Origin: a virus
IMG/VR virus record: IMGVR_UViG_3300026263_000200
DNA: 64,000 bases
Reading direction: 5' to 3' (one strand)
The notes beneath the pieces are model-generated. The model was not told where the DNA came from and did no database searches. It worked only from the letters and a program-made list of their open reading frames with translations. The translations under genes were made by a program, and so were the position numbers. This document shows positions 1 through 10,510 of this stretch, piece by piece (positions within the stretch are counted from its first letter, which is position 1; every line of letters begins with the position of its first letter).

Positions 1-1200
1 TATATAAAAGCAATTAAAGACCAATATAAGATTTATGAAAATGTTGTTTTTGACCATTACACACCAACTACAGATGAAATAACTTTAGTACTAGGTAGAA
101 GTATGATAACTTTACCATACCTAGAAAAAGACAAATATACTAAAGACCAATTATTAACTTTACATTTATTATTTACTAATAAAATAATAGCACTTTATTC
201 AGAAAATCATCCTAGAGATTATCAATTAGCTAGAGCATATTTTAATACTGTTTCACCTCCTAAAAAAGTTTATGACTTATGCGATTATGAAGTTTATACA
301 AATGGAGTTGGTAAACAATATCAAAAAATAATTAACTTTGATGTATATAAACCTATAAAAGATGATATTCAATTTAAATATTTATTTTTAGGAACAAATG
401 AAACATATTATAAAGAAATTGAGAAAGTAATTGACAAGTATCCAGACCACGGTATTATAACATATAATGAGAAATGGATTAATCCCAAATTGAATAATCT
501 TTTTGCTCCTATTGATAATATACTAGGTAAATTTGAAACATATGTTTATACAAAACCAAATTTTGATCCAGCACCTAGACTTTTTGTAGAATTTAAATGG
601 TTAGGTAAAAAAATAGAGTATTTACGAGATAAGAATATAAAAGATGGTGGTATGGTGTACTGGAACAGACCTGTACCTACAAAGCAGATATATTCAGACA
701 ACATAAATATTCTTATTGATTTGATTAGGTATTTGGTACCAATGAATGAACGGAAAAAAAAGAGTATGCTTGGTGTAATTCAAGAAGTACAAAAAAAATA
801 TTTACCAGCTATTAAAAAGGGTTGGGACAATAATATCTTACCACAGACTTCTAACTTATATTATAAAAGAGGTTGGGATAAGAATCCAAAATTTCCTAAA
901 GGTCAACAAGAGATAGAATTATCTAAATTATGGATAGATAAGTCTATACAAACTAGTAGGAGTATTGATTCAATAGATAGAATTATAAAAAATTTTAAAC
1001 CTGAAAAATGTTTACCAATTACTTGTATTAAATCTTTAAATGAAGACAAGTATTATGTAATTGATGGACAACATAGAGTTATAATTTTTGGATTATTAGG
1101 TATTACTAAAATACAAGCAGATGTTCAGGAAGAAAAGAGTGTTAAAGATTTTTATTTACCAAATGATGAAATTTTAGTTGACAAAGAAACAGGAATATGA
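1..1200 (+). CDS. 5'-truncated protein: uncharacterised N-terminal region fused to a C-terminal ParB/sulfiredoxin-like domain
   Basis: Frame 1 is open from base 1 (YIKAIKDQY...LGRS) into the listed ORF at 103, so the real start is probably upstream of the window. C-terminal YYVIDGQHRV...LG is a ParB/Srx motif. Confidence 0.55.
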   Translation, partial: YIKAIKDQYKIYENVVFDHYTPTTDEITLVLGRSMITLPYLEKDKYTKDQLLTLHLLFTNKIIALYSENHPRDYQLARAYFNTVSPPKKVYDLCDYEVYTNGVGKQYQKIINFDVYKPIKDDIQFKYLFLGTNETYYKEIEKVIDKYPDHGIITYNEKWINPKLNNLFAPIDNILGKFETYVYTKPNFDPAPRLFVEFKWLGKKIEYLRDKNIKDGGMVYWNRPVPTKQIYSDNINILIDLIRYLVPMNERKKKSMLGVIQEVQKKYLPAIKKGWDNNILPQTSNLYYKRGWDKNPKFPKGQQEIELSKLWIDKSIQTSRSIDSIDRIIKNFKPEKCLPITCIKSLNEDKYYVIDGQHRVIIFGLLGITKIQADVQEEKSVKDFYLPNDEILVDKETGI

Positions 1201-1937
1201 AAAAAATATTATTAGTTAGTGGTTGTAGTTTTACAGATAAACTTTTTATAAGTGATTATCATATCAAGTTAAATACATTTTGGCCTAAATGGCCAGAGAT
1301 ACTAGCAAAAAAATTAGATATGGAAGTTATTAATCTTGGTAAAATGGGAGCGGGTAATGAATATATTTACTCTAGTTTATTGGACGCAATAGAAAGTGTT
1401 GATAATATAGGATTAGTAATACCTGCTTGGTCTCAATCTCAAAGACGTGATTGGAAAGTAAAAAGTAAATGGTTTAATAATTCTTGGTATTGTAATACAG
1501 ATTGGCAGATAAATCAACCTAATAGTAATGATATGTATGCTTACATAGATAAATCTTTAAGATATTATTATAGTCTTCAAGAGTTATGTAAATCTAAAAA
1601 GATACCATATAAAGCATTTCAAATGCTTCATATATTTCGTGGATATACTTGGGATAAATTAACTCAAAGACATATAATAGCACCACAAATAGATTTCAAA
1701 ACAGCAAACAAAGAGTTATTAAATCATATTCATAATAGTATTTATTTTGATAAGATAGATGATAGTTTTTTAGGTTGGCCTGGTGATCCAGATTTAGGTG
1801 GTTTTAGTATTAAAAGTGATATACTAGGTGGTTATGGAAAAGAAAGTTTAGAGTGGGCAATTTCAGCAAGAGATAATCATCCTAATGAAAAAGGACAAGA
1901 AAAAATAGCGGAGTTTTTATATGACAGGTTGGGATAG
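1197..1937 (+). CDS. SGNH/GDSL hydrolase-fold protein (esterase or O-acyltransferase-like)
   Basis: GCSFT block I, GAGN block II, C-terminal DNHPN (DxH). ATGA overlap with the upstream gene. Confidence 0.7.
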   Translation: MKKILLVSGCSFTDKLFISDYHIKLNTFWPKWPEILAKKLDMEVINLGKMGAGNEYIYSSLLDAIESVDNIGLVIPAWSQSQRRDWKVKSKWFNNSWYCNTDWQINQPNSNDMYAYIDKSLRYYYSLQELCKSKKIPYKAFQMLHIFRGYTWDKLTQRHIIAPQIDFKTANKELLNHIHNSIYFDKIDDSFLGWPGDPDLGGFSIKSDILGGYGKESLEWAISARDNHPNEKGQEKIAEFLYDRLG

Positions 1938-3195
1938 AGAATATTTAGCAAACAAAGAAGAGTATTTAAAAATCTTTGATGGTGCTATGCAACAAGAACA
2001 GGAACAAAATGTAGAGTTCCTTGAAAAGAGTCTTACTAAAATAACAGGTAGAAAATATGCTGTTGCTTGTAATAGTGGTACAGACGCATTACATTTTGCT
2101 TTAATTAGTTTAGACATTAAACCTTATGATGAAATATTGACAACAGAATTTTCTTGGATATCTACTGCTTCTTGTATATCAATGGTAGGTGCAACACCTG
2201 TATTTTGTGAACCTAATATTTTAAATTATCATATGGATTTAGACAGTATTAAAAAGATGTATTCACCAAAAGTAAAGGCAATAATTTATCCACATCTATT
2301 TGGTAATATGTCTGATACAAAAGAGATATTAGATTTTTGTAAAGAAAAGAATATCGCATTTATAGAAGACGCCGCTCAATCATTGGGTGCTAGTTTAAAT
2401 GATGTTAAGGCAGGTTCAATAGGAGATGTTAGTTGTTTAAGTTTCAACGCAAATAAAGTTGTTGCTGGTATAGCAGGTGGTGGAGCAATCTTAACAGATG
2501 ATAAAGACAAAGCAGAATTGTTTAGAAAGTTAAGAAGACACGGCAACAATGAAGTGTTAGGTCGTAACTCAAAAATGTTAATGCTTAATGCTTGTTTTAT
2601 TAACTTTAGATTAAAGAAGATGAACGAATGGATATCTAAAAGACAAGAGATAGCAAAACAATATGATGAACAATTAAAAGATTATGTGACCATACAACCT
2701 ACAACAAATGGTCTTAATCATAACTATCACAAATATGTTATTAGATTGCAGAATAAAAAAGTAAGAGATATGGTTAAAGATAAACTAGGTGCGAAAGTAC
2801 ATTATGATAAACCTTTGTCTGAAAATACTATGTATAAAAAAATTGCTCATAGAAAAGATAAAACTTTTATTAGTAAGATTATTTGTGATACTATATTAAC
2901 GTTACCTATACACCCTTATATGAAACAAGAAGAGATTGATGAAGTTATTAATACAATTTTAATTTTATTAGGACACGAAGAAAATAAGTTTGTAAAGAAT
3001 ATGAAAAGAGTATTGGGTGATGATTTATTTGACAAGAGTTTAGTCAACGAAACAACTGAACCTATTTACGATTATATTGTAGAGAAGACATATCAAACAC
3101 CAGGGTATATTGAAGAAGTTGAATTTAAAAATAAAAGAAAGTTGAAGATATCATTTAATAAATTTTATGAAAACATTACAAGAGATACAAGATAA
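1921..3195 (+). CDS. DegT/DnrJ/EryC1/StrS PLP-dependent sugar aminotransferase
   Basis: NSGTDAL, IEDAAQSLGA, SFNANK (PLP lysine) and LTLPIHP motifs, plus an extra C-terminal tail of about 70 aa. Confidence 0.92.
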   Translation: MTGWDREYLANKEEYLKIFDGAMQQEQEQNVEFLEKSLTKITGRKYAVACNSGTDALHFALISLDIKPYDEILTTEFSWISTASCISMVGATPVFCEPNILNYHMDLDSIKKMYSPKVKAIIYPHLFGNMSDTKEILDFCKEKNIAFIEDAAQSLGASLNDVKAGSIGDVSCLSFNANKVVAGIAGGGAILTDDKDKAELFRKLRRHGNNEVLGRNSKMLMLNACFINFRLKKMNEWISKRQEIAKQYDEQLKDYVTIQPTTNGLNHNYHKYVIRLQNKKVRDMVKDKLGAKVHYDKPLSENTMYKKIAHRKDKTFISKIICDTILTLPIHPYMKQEEIDEVINTILILLGHEENKFVKNMKRVLGDDLFDKSLVNETTEPIYDYIVEKTYQTPGYIEEVEFKNKRKLKISFNKFYENITRDTR

Positions 3196-3991
3196 TTACT
3201 TAGCAATAGATTTTTTCTTATCTATGTCCTGTAATAAGGATTGCCACTATTGTACAAGTTATACTTTAGAAATGAGAAACTTGACAGTAGATATGGACTT
3301 CTTAAAACAGACTTTAGAATATTTAAAAAAATATAAGATAAGAATATGTCTACTTGGTGGTGAACCAGGTCTTATTAAAAATTTAAGAGATGTTATTAAT
3401 GAAATTAAAAAATATCCTAATTTTGTTTGTTCAGTATTATCAAACTCGTTTGTTAGAAAGAGATATCCTGAAATATTAGAAGATAAAGAAATATTGTATG
3501 TTGAACATAATATATTAGATTTTTATGAAAATGAGGTAAAGATGTTAGGCAATTTTGATTTTATACCTGAAAATGATATGAACAATTATAATGTTGTTTT
3601 AAAATCACCTAACTATTTTAAATACAAAGACAATCATAAAGAAGTAATAGAAAAATTAAATCATAAGAATACTATGTGGAAAGCATTTAATGGTAGGTCA
3701 CCAGAGTTTACAGATGTTATACAAGCAGATGAAATAGATAGAAAGATGTGTGCTTCTTTTCCAATGGTGCCTGTTATAGATTTTGAAAAGAAACATATTG
3801 TACATTGTAGTAAAAAGTTTGCAAACAATAAAGAATTATCTAAAACTTTTGCATTGACGCAAGAGAACGTTGATAAGATGATGAATTTTAGATTATTTAA
3901 ATATGAAAACTATTGTAAGACTTGTACTGAATGGGTACAACCAAAAGGACATTTTCCTATGAGAAAATATGCGAAGGTATTAAATGACTAA
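3167..3991 (+). CDS. Radical SAM enzyme with C-terminal SPASM/twitch-like Cys cluster
   Basis: CNKDCHYC, LLGGEP; C-terminal C...HC...YCKTC. Confidence 0.85.
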   Translation: MKTLQEIQDNYLAIDFFLSMSCNKDCHYCTSYTLEMRNLTVDMDFLKQTLEYLKKYKIRICLLGGEPGLIKNLRDVINEIKKYPNFVCSVLSNSFVRKRYPEILEDKEILYVEHNILDFYENEVKMLGNFDFIPENDMNNYNVVLKSPNYFKYKDNHKEVIEKLNHKNTMWKAFNGRSPEFTDVIQADEIDRKMCASFPMVPVIDFEKKHIVHCSKKFANNKELSKTFALTQENVDKMMNFRLFKYENYCKTCTEWVQPKGHFPMRKYAKVLND

Positions 3992-5471
3992 AATATTTGC
4001 AGTTGCATTAAATCTACACGACCACAATACATATGACGGTGTTTGGCATAATCAAAGAGAAAGACATACTAGATTTAAACATAATCTTCCTTATAAGGTA
4101 GACTCTTATGCTCATCAGGAGCAATTAGAAACAGGTGATTATAAATTAAATAACGAATTTGTTAAAGAGTATTTTCATAAACCAAGAGAGGGAGTATTAG
4201 GTTTTTCAATGACGGTTGGTGGTATTAGAATGTGTAAAGATATATTACCAAAAGAAGTATTAGATTATAAACCTAAAAAATTATGGGACTATTGTATGGC
4301 AGATGGTATGTATTTTATAGACCATCATCAATCTCACGCTACTTATGCGTTTATCAATTCTGGTTATGAACAATCAGATATAGTTGCTATTGATGGTATA
4401 GGTTATAAACATAGATGTATATTTGTTGATAAAGATTATAATATTAAAGACTTGTCAAAAGAATTGCCTATAGGTTGGTTGTGGAATCAAATGTCAAAAC
4501 GAACTGGATTTGGTTCGTTAGGTGCAAGTAAATTAATGGGGTTAGTTGGTTATGGAAGATTTAGTCCATATTATTATAATGTATTTGAAACAATACTTGA
4601 TGATGTTATAAAAGAAAAAAATTATAAAACTCACGAATTAATTAATGTAGAAGAATATGGTGTACCAGATTTGGCATTTACATTACAAAAATTTACAAAT
4701 GATAAAATTAAAGAACATATCTATCCATTAAAGACTTGCGACAATCTTTGTTTAGCTGGAGGAGTTATATACAATGGTTATTTAAATGAAGAGTTTACAA
4801 AACATTATAAAAATGTTTATATACCACCTGCTGTAGGTGATGAAGGACAGTCATTAGGAGTTTATCAACACGCTGATTATATATTGAATAAGAATAAACA
4901 TAAGACAGAAACTTTTGCTGGAAGAGAACACGAATATACTGGCAATTCACTTGTTAATCTTCAAGATGTTGCTCAAGAAATTGCTAATGGAAAAATAGTA
5001 GGTTGGTTTCAAGGTAAATCAGAAAGTGGTAATCGTGCATTAGGTAATAGATGTATATTAGCAGACCCTAGAAGAAAAGATATTAAAGATGTAATTAATG
5101 ATACAATTAAAGATAGAGAAGACTTTAGACCTTTTGCGCCTGCTGTATTAGAAGAACATTATCAAGAATACTTTGATACAAAAAGTCCTAGTCCTTATAT
5201 GTCAAGAATATGTAAAGTTAAATCTGATAAAGTGCCAGGTATAACTCATATAGATAATACAGCAAGAATACAAACAGTTAATAAGAAATTTAATGAAAAG
5301 TTTTATAATCTTATTAATGAGTTTTATAAGATAACAGGTATACCAATGCTATTAAATACTAGTTTTAATTGCCACGAACCTATTGTTGAGTCACCAGAAG
5401 ACGCAATTAGAACTTTTAAAAGAACAAAACTAGACATATTGGTAATAAACAACTATATAGTAAGAAAATGA
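3984..5471 (+). CDS. Carbamoyltransferase, NodU/CmcH/TobZ family
   Basis: HHQSHA, IDGIG, KLMGL, LAGGV..NG, GDEGQSLG, RALGNR, REDFRPFAP, LLNTSFN motifs. Confidence 0.93.
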   Translation: MTKIFAVALNLHDHNTYDGVWHNQRERHTRFKHNLPYKVDSYAHQEQLETGDYKLNNEFVKEYFHKPREGVLGFSMTVGGIRMCKDILPKEVLDYKPKKLWDYCMADGMYFIDHHQSHATYAFINSGYEQSDIVAIDGIGYKHRCIFVDKDYNIKDLSKELPIGWLWNQMSKRTGFGSLGASKLMGLVGYGRFSPYYYNVFETILDDVIKEKNYKTHELINVEEYGVPDLAFTLQKFTNDKIKEHIYPLKTCDNLCLAGGVIYNGYLNEEFTKHYKNVYIPPAVGDEGQSLGVYQHADYILNKNKHKTETFAGREHEYTGNSLVNLQDVAQEIANGKIVGWFQGKSESGNRALGNRCILADPRRKDIKDVINDTIKDREDFRPFAPAVLEEHYQEYFDTKSPSPYMSRICKVKSDKVPGITHIDNTARIQTVNKKFNEKFYNLINEFYKITGIPMLLNTSFNCHEPIVESPEDAIRTFKRTKLDILVINNYIVRK

Positions 5472-6181
5472 AACATTTTGATTTATTAGAAGGAAGACAT
5501 CACGTAGGTAAATATAGTGATAAGGTTCCACCAAAAAAATTAATAGAAACGGCATTGTGGAAGGCTTGGAAAACAACACCATCTAAAAACAATGCTATGC
5601 CTTATAAAGTATTTGTATTTGGTCCTGAACACAAAGCAGAAAAAGTTAAAGTTTGGAAAATGGTATTCGGTAATCATATTAACGCTGAAAAAAGAGCAGT
5701 AGAAAGAGGTGACGCTGATAAAACTGAAGGTGGTAAACCAAATCCCTTTTATGAACATATAAAATATAATCCTTATTTGTTTTGTATTCACGCTCAACCA
5801 AGAGAACCTAATGAGTTTTATAAAAAACAAGTTGAGTTAGGTATGTTTTTTGACCAAGCGTGGCCAGAAAGAATTGAAAAATTTATGGATACTACTGCTT
5901 TGGAAGTGGGTATGTTTGCTCAAAATTTATCAAGTTATTTGTTAGAAGAAAAAATAGATGTTTCATATACTTCTTGTTTTTTTAGAAATGCTGAGAAATG
6001 GAGATTAATTGGATTAGACCACGCTGAATATAGACCAATAATGTTAATAACTGCTGGTTATGGTGAAGTGTATAGAAAAGATGTATTAAAAAATTGGGGT
6101 TTTGAATGGCAAGTTGAAACTATGGATAGGTCGGGTGAGGATATAAAACCTGAATACAAGGATATGATAAAATGGAAATAG
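5468..6181 (+). CDS. Nitroreductase-family flavoprotein
   Basis: R..V.KY..K.P, AW.TTPSKNN..PY, and G...QNL...L...G-like pattern of the FMN-binding nitroreductase fold. Confidence 0.75.
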   Translation: MKHFDLLEGRHHVGKYSDKVPPKKLIETALWKAWKTTPSKNNAMPYKVFVFGPEHKAEKVKVWKMVFGNHINAEKRAVERGDADKTEGGKPNPFYEHIKYNPYLFCIHAQPREPNEFYKKQVELGMFFDQAWPERIEKFMDTTALEVGMFAQNLSSYLLEEKIDVSYTSCFFRNAEKWRLIGLDHAEYRPIMLITAGYGEVYRKDVLKNWGFEWQVETMDRSGEDIKPEYKDMIKWK

Positions 6182-6756
6182 ATTTACAATTATTTAAAAA
6201 TATAATGCAGGAGGCAAGGACTAATACTGACCTATTAGATTCATATAGTCCTAATCAATTTAAATCTAAAGAGAGATTAATAGATTTAATTAAAAATTTA
6301 AATACAGAATTTCAAGATGTTGTTATATTAGGTTGTTGGTATGGTAGTATTTTAATTCCTGCTCTCAAAGAATCAAAAAGAATTACAGGTATTGATATTG
6401 ATGATAAAGTAATTAGTATTGCTAAGAATAGACTTTTTAAAAATTGGAAAAATGTTGACTTAATAACAAGTGATGTTTTTTCTAAAGATAGATTTGGTAG
6501 AATTAAGAATACAAATTTAATTATTAATACTGCTTGCGAACATATGAAACCAATGAAAGAGTTAGAAGCATTAAGTGAATCTAAATCATACTTTGCTTTT
6601 CAATCAAATGATATGACTGATATAGAAGGACATATTAATTGTGTTAATACTATTGAAGATTTTAAAAAACAATTACCTGATAATGCAAAAGTATTAATTG
6701 AAGATGAAATAAAAGACGATAGAGGTGTTAGATTTACATTGATAGGTAAGTTATGA
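6172..6756 (+). CDS. Class I SAM-dependent methyltransferase
   Basis: VVILGCWYG motif I, ITGIDID, LIINTACEH. Confidence 0.75.
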   Translation: MEIDLQLFKNIMQEARTNTDLLDSYSPNQFKSKERLIDLIKNLNTEFQDVVILGCWYGSILIPALKESKRITGIDIDDKVISIAKNRLFKNWKNVDLITSDVFSKDRFGRIKNTNLIINTACEHMKPMKELEALSESKSYFAFQSNDMTDIEGHINCVNTIEDFKKQLPDNAKVLIEDEIKDDRGVRFTLIGKL

Positions 6757-7601
6757 AAAGAGTAATCTATAGTCTTTATGTTGATGTACCTGCTAAAGAA
6801 CATTATGGTCAATCTAAACAAAGAAATGATACAGTAGCCAAAGCAAAAATAACTGTAAATGCTTTTAAAAAGCATTATAAAAAATTAGTTGAATCTAAAC
6901 GTAAGTATGCTAACAGCATAGGTGCGAGTTTTGTTATGTTTGAAAATGATAAACGTTATGAAACATATGAAAGAAATTTACGTAAAGACTTTCCTCAATT
7001 AACAGGTTATGAAATAGTTAATTTCTATAAGATACATTTACTATATGAATTAGCAAAAAAGTATGATGAGATTTTGTATTTAGATTTTGACGCTGTACCA
7101 TTAACTACTGATTCATTTTTTGATGTATGGGATGTACAAAATCATATTGCTGTTTATAATCAAAACCATATGATTAATAAAGATAGAGATGTTAGACATA
7201 GTATTAGAAGTCCATCGGCAAAGTATTTCAATTGTCAGGCAATGCTTATAGATAAAGGTTTTGATCCTAGAAATGATGTTATCAATACTGCTATTATAGG
7301 TGCGTCAAAAAAACAAATTTTAAAACTAGATTTTTTTGGTGGGTTTAAAGATACGATAGATTTAATGACAAAATTAAGAAATGATAAGAGTGGTTTGTAT
7401 CCACAAAATATTCTTGATATGTTTAGATATGATAATGAAACAATCTTTTCATATAAAGTAAATGTAAATAAAATTGGTATACAATGGTTAGATAGAAGAT
7501 GGCATTACTTCTTTGATACTCAACATTTTATACCAGATGAAGCAAAGATAGTACACGCTGTCTGTAAAGATTTTGATGTTGTATGGAGAAAGTATGCTTA
7601 A
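6753..7601 (+). CDS. GT-A fold glycosyltransferase-like protein
   Basis: YKIHLL...ILYLDFD (DxD), INTAII, DNET, IVH; GT8/GT34-like pattern. Confidence 0.7.
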   Translation: MKRVIYSLYVDVPAKEHYGQSKQRNDTVAKAKITVNAFKKHYKKLVESKRKYANSIGASFVMFENDKRYETYERNLRKDFPQLTGYEIVNFYKIHLLYELAKKYDEILYLDFDAVPLTTDSFFDVWDVQNHIAVYNQNHMINKDRDVRHSIRSPSAKYFNCQAMLIDKGFDPRNDVINTAIIGASKKQILKLDFFGGFKDTIDLMTKLRNDKSGLYPQNILDMFRYDNETIFSYKVNVNKIGIQWLDRRWHYFFDTQHFIPDEAKIVHAVCKDFDVVWRKYA

Positions 7602-8340
7602 AATTTGTACAGTATATTTTGATGGTTATTATACACCAGATTATGTATCAAAGTTATATAGAAGTTTAAAAAGAAATTCATCTATACCTTTTGAGTTTAT
7701 CTGTTTAAGTGATAATAAAGACATTGAAGCAGATGTTATATTACCATATAATCATCACGATAAGATTAAGAAACATTGGCACAAATTAAAATTCTTTAGT
7801 CCACATTTTGCATATCAAAACCCTGGTGATGATATTATAGTTATGGATATAGACCAAGTTATTACAGGCAATGTAGATGAATTAATAGGGCATCCTGTAC
7901 AAGATAATGAATTAGTTACCTATGGTATATGGTGGGAATCAAAGTTAAAAACAAATGGTGGTTTTTATAAATTTAAGTCTGGTAGTTTAAAGCATATATG
8001 GGATGATTTTGCTAAAAATCCTGACTATTGGCAATTACATTATTATAATAATGGTGATGTTCATACAAAATATTATGGTGAACAAAACTATGTTAACTGG
8101 AAGATACAAGAATATAAAACTAAATTAACTAGAACACCTGAAAAATGGATATGTAAATACTCATCCGATTTCAAAGAAAATTTGGTTTTGAATAGTGTTT
8201 ATTGTAGTAAGTTTGATACAGATTATATGATACTTGGTGACGTGCATAAATATATTAAAGTGGTTCATTTCACAGGTCCAGGTAAGACCATACACGAACA
8301 TAATGAATCATTTATAAAGGAACATTGGAATGGATATTGA
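7573..8340 (+). CDS. GT-A fold glycosyltransferase-like protein (start possibly 7594)
   Basis: YV.KL, FICLSD, HWHKLKFF, MDIDQVI (DxD), GEQNYV, VVHFTG. Confidence 0.75.
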   Translation: MMLYGESMLKICTVYFDGYYTPDYVSKLYRSLKRNSSIPFEFICLSDNKDIEADVILPYNHHDKIKKHWHKLKFFSPHFAYQNPGDDIIVMDIDQVITGNVDELIGHPVQDNELVTYGIWWESKLKTNGGFYKFKSGSLKHIWDDFAKNPDYWQLHYYNNGDVHTKYYGEQNYVNWKIQEYKTKLTRTPEKWICKYSSDFKENLVLNSVYCSKFDTDYMILGDVHKYIKVVHFTGPGKTIHEHNESFIKEHWNGY

Positions 8341-9202
8341 AGATAAAATAAAAAATATGTTTTATGATTGGGATGCTGAAAAGACGACACTTCTTCAAAT
8401 GCAGAAATGTCAAAGAAATTGGGACTATGAAAAATTTGATTCAGGAAATCAACCTCTTTTGAAAGAAATGATAAAAGAATTATTATGGATTGCTACTAAC
8501 ACACCTTCAAAACAACACGAAGGATATTATGATGTTTATTGGACAGCAGATAGAGAATTAATACAAGAATTATCCAGATATACTTGGGGTTATACTCATA
8601 GAAGAAATCCACCAGCAACTTGGAGAAACTCACAATCAAACGCAAGTATTTATTTTGTATGGGTTGGAAAAGAACCTAACTCACAATTAAACGCCAACGC
8701 AGACGGTACTTTAAAATCTAATACAGATAAGAATAGATGGCAAAATGCTTATTGTAGTATAGGTATATCAATAGGTTTAACTATGAGAGCGGCAGTCAAA
8801 ATGGGATTTCATACAGGTGCAAATAAAAGTCATAATGATATAAACGGTGATGACTTCTGGCCAAGAAAATTAGGTATTATGGAAGAAGTAAAAAATGGTA
8901 CAAAAGAAATATGTTATGGTATGGGTATAGGTTATCCACAAAAAGGAAGACCTCGTTGGGAATCAGATGAAGACGAAATAATGATTGGCGCTGCTAATGG
9001 TAGTAAGATTACAACTACTGGACAAGAAACACATCCTAGAACAGGTAAAGAAATGAGAAAAGCGAAAATTGTTAAATTATCTGAACACGGTGGTAAGATA
9101 ATGAGAGACCCATATGGTAATATTCACGAAATTCCAAAAAAAGCAGAATTTAAAATTAATTCATTTAGACAGCGTGGTATTGAAATTAAAGAAATAAAAT
9201 GA
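8330..9202 (+). CDS. Nitroreductase-fold protein with long C-terminal extension
   Basis: CQRNWD, ATNTPSKQ, SIGISIG...AAVKMGFHTG, MGIGYP. Confidence 0.65.
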   Translation: MDIEDKIKNMFYDWDAEKTTLLQMQKCQRNWDYEKFDSGNQPLLKEMIKELLWIATNTPSKQHEGYYDVYWTADRELIQELSRYTWGYTHRRNPPATWRNSQSNASIYFVWVGKEPNSQLNANADGTLKSNTDKNRWQNAYCSIGISIGLTMRAAVKMGFHTGANKSHNDINGDDFWPRKLGIMEEVKNGTKEICYGMGIGYPQKGRPRWESDEDEIMIGAANGSKITTTGQETHPRTGKEMRKAKIVKLSEHGGKIMRDPYGNIHEIPKKAEFKINSFRQRGIEIKEIK

Positions 9203-9771
9203 GAATAATTTGTTGTAGATTTGGTGATAAGTTTACTAATTGGCATATTAAAAATTTGAAACATATGATAGACACTTATTCAGGTCTAAAGTATGATGAG
9301 TTTGTTGTTGTATCTTCTGACTTATATGGCAACTGGTATAACAAACTTCAAATGTATGATATCTATAGAGATGGAGAAAACTTATACTTTGATTTAGATG
9401 TGATTATCTATGATAAACTACCTAACTTACAAAGAAAATACTTTACATTGTTAGATGATACTTGGTGGAGAGAACCTGCTCATACACCATTAAACTCTTC
9501 TGTTGTATCTTGGACAGGTGATGTATCATACATATGGAATACATTTAAAACAAATGAAGAATTTTATTTAAAAGAATATAATAAAGGTAGTGATGAGTTT
9601 TATTACCACGAGGTAACATATGATACATACGATAAAGTTTGTCCAAAGTTTAATGCAGATGGACCAGATAAAAATTATAGTATGTGTACACTTGGTCAAT
9701 TACATCACATAATGGAGGAAGGCTGGACTGGTTGGTGGACGCCTTATTTTTTACCATATGAAAAAATTTGA
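9199..9771 (+). CDS. GT-A fold glycosyltransferase-like protein
   Basis: ICCRFGDKF, WYNKLQMY, LYFDLDVII (DxD), LNSSVVSW, GSDEF; resembles 7573..8340. Confidence 0.72.
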   Translation: MRIICCRFGDKFTNWHIKNLKHMIDTYSGLKYDEFVVVSSDLYGNWYNKLQMYDIYRDGENLYFDLDVIIYDKLPNLQRKYFTLLDDTWWREPAHTPLNSSVVSWTGDVSYIWNTFKTNEEFYLKEYNKGSDEFYYHEVTYDTYDKVCPKFNADGPDKNYSMCTLGQLHHIMEEGWTGWWTPYFLPYEKI

Positions 9772-10510
9772 TAGTTTAAAAGATGTTGAAGCAATAGGTA
9801 AAGCAATTTTATCTGATTTAGTTGTTGTCATAAAAAAACAAACATTATCTGAACAAGATGAATTAGATTTTGTTTCTAAAATAGGCAACTTTCAAAAAAC
9901 TATTAGTGACCGTACAAAACATATTCATTTATCAGACGGTATATTAAGAGTAACAGGTCAAAAAAATAAACACGGTGAAGAAGGTTTATTTGGTCATACA
10001 AGCGCTTTAGATTGGCACGCTAACCAAGCAAGTAATAAAAATAGAAAGCCTTTAATTTGGATATATGCCAAAGAATTTTCAAAAGGTAGTAAGACAAGTT
10101 GGATAGACAATGTAGCAAGTTATAATAGTTTGCCTACATCTTTAAAAGAAAAAATCAAAGATGTTAAAATAACATTAGGTTATACAGCAGGTGGTTATTC
10201 TACATCTACTTTCTTTAAAGAGCACCATCATAAAGATGAAACTTTTGATTTAGTATATACAAATGCTGCTGGAAAAACTGGTTTATATTTTCCATTTAAT
10301 CAGATATTTGGTGGTATAGAAAAAGATGTGTTTGAAGAATTAAAAGAACACGTATTACAAGATAGATTTAGATATGACCATTATTGGGAAGATGGTGATG
10401 TTGTTATAAGTGAACAATGGTTATCTATTCATAAGCGTTGGGAGTTTAAAGATATGAACAAAAGAGTATTGCATAGAATAGCATTTGACTATTCAAAGTT
10501 AGGAGTATAA
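9758..10510 (+). CDS. TauD/TfdA-family Fe(II)/2-oxoglutarate dioxygenase (atypical H-x-N)
   Basis: DWHAN, T.WID...Y..LP, H.WEDGDVVI, IHKR, RVLHR. Confidence 0.8.
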   Translation: MKKFDSLKDVEAIGKAILSDLVVVIKKQTLSEQDELDFVSKIGNFQKTISDRTKHIHLSDGILRVTGQKNKHGEEGLFGHTSALDWHANQASNKNRKPLIWIYAKEFSKGSKTSWIDNVASYNSLPTSLKEKIKDVKITLGYTAGGYSTSTFFKEHHHKDETFDLVYTNAAGKTGLYFPFNQIFGGIEKDVFEELKEHVLQDRFRYDHYWEDGDVVISEQWLSIHKRWEFKDMNKRVLHRIAFDYSKLGV

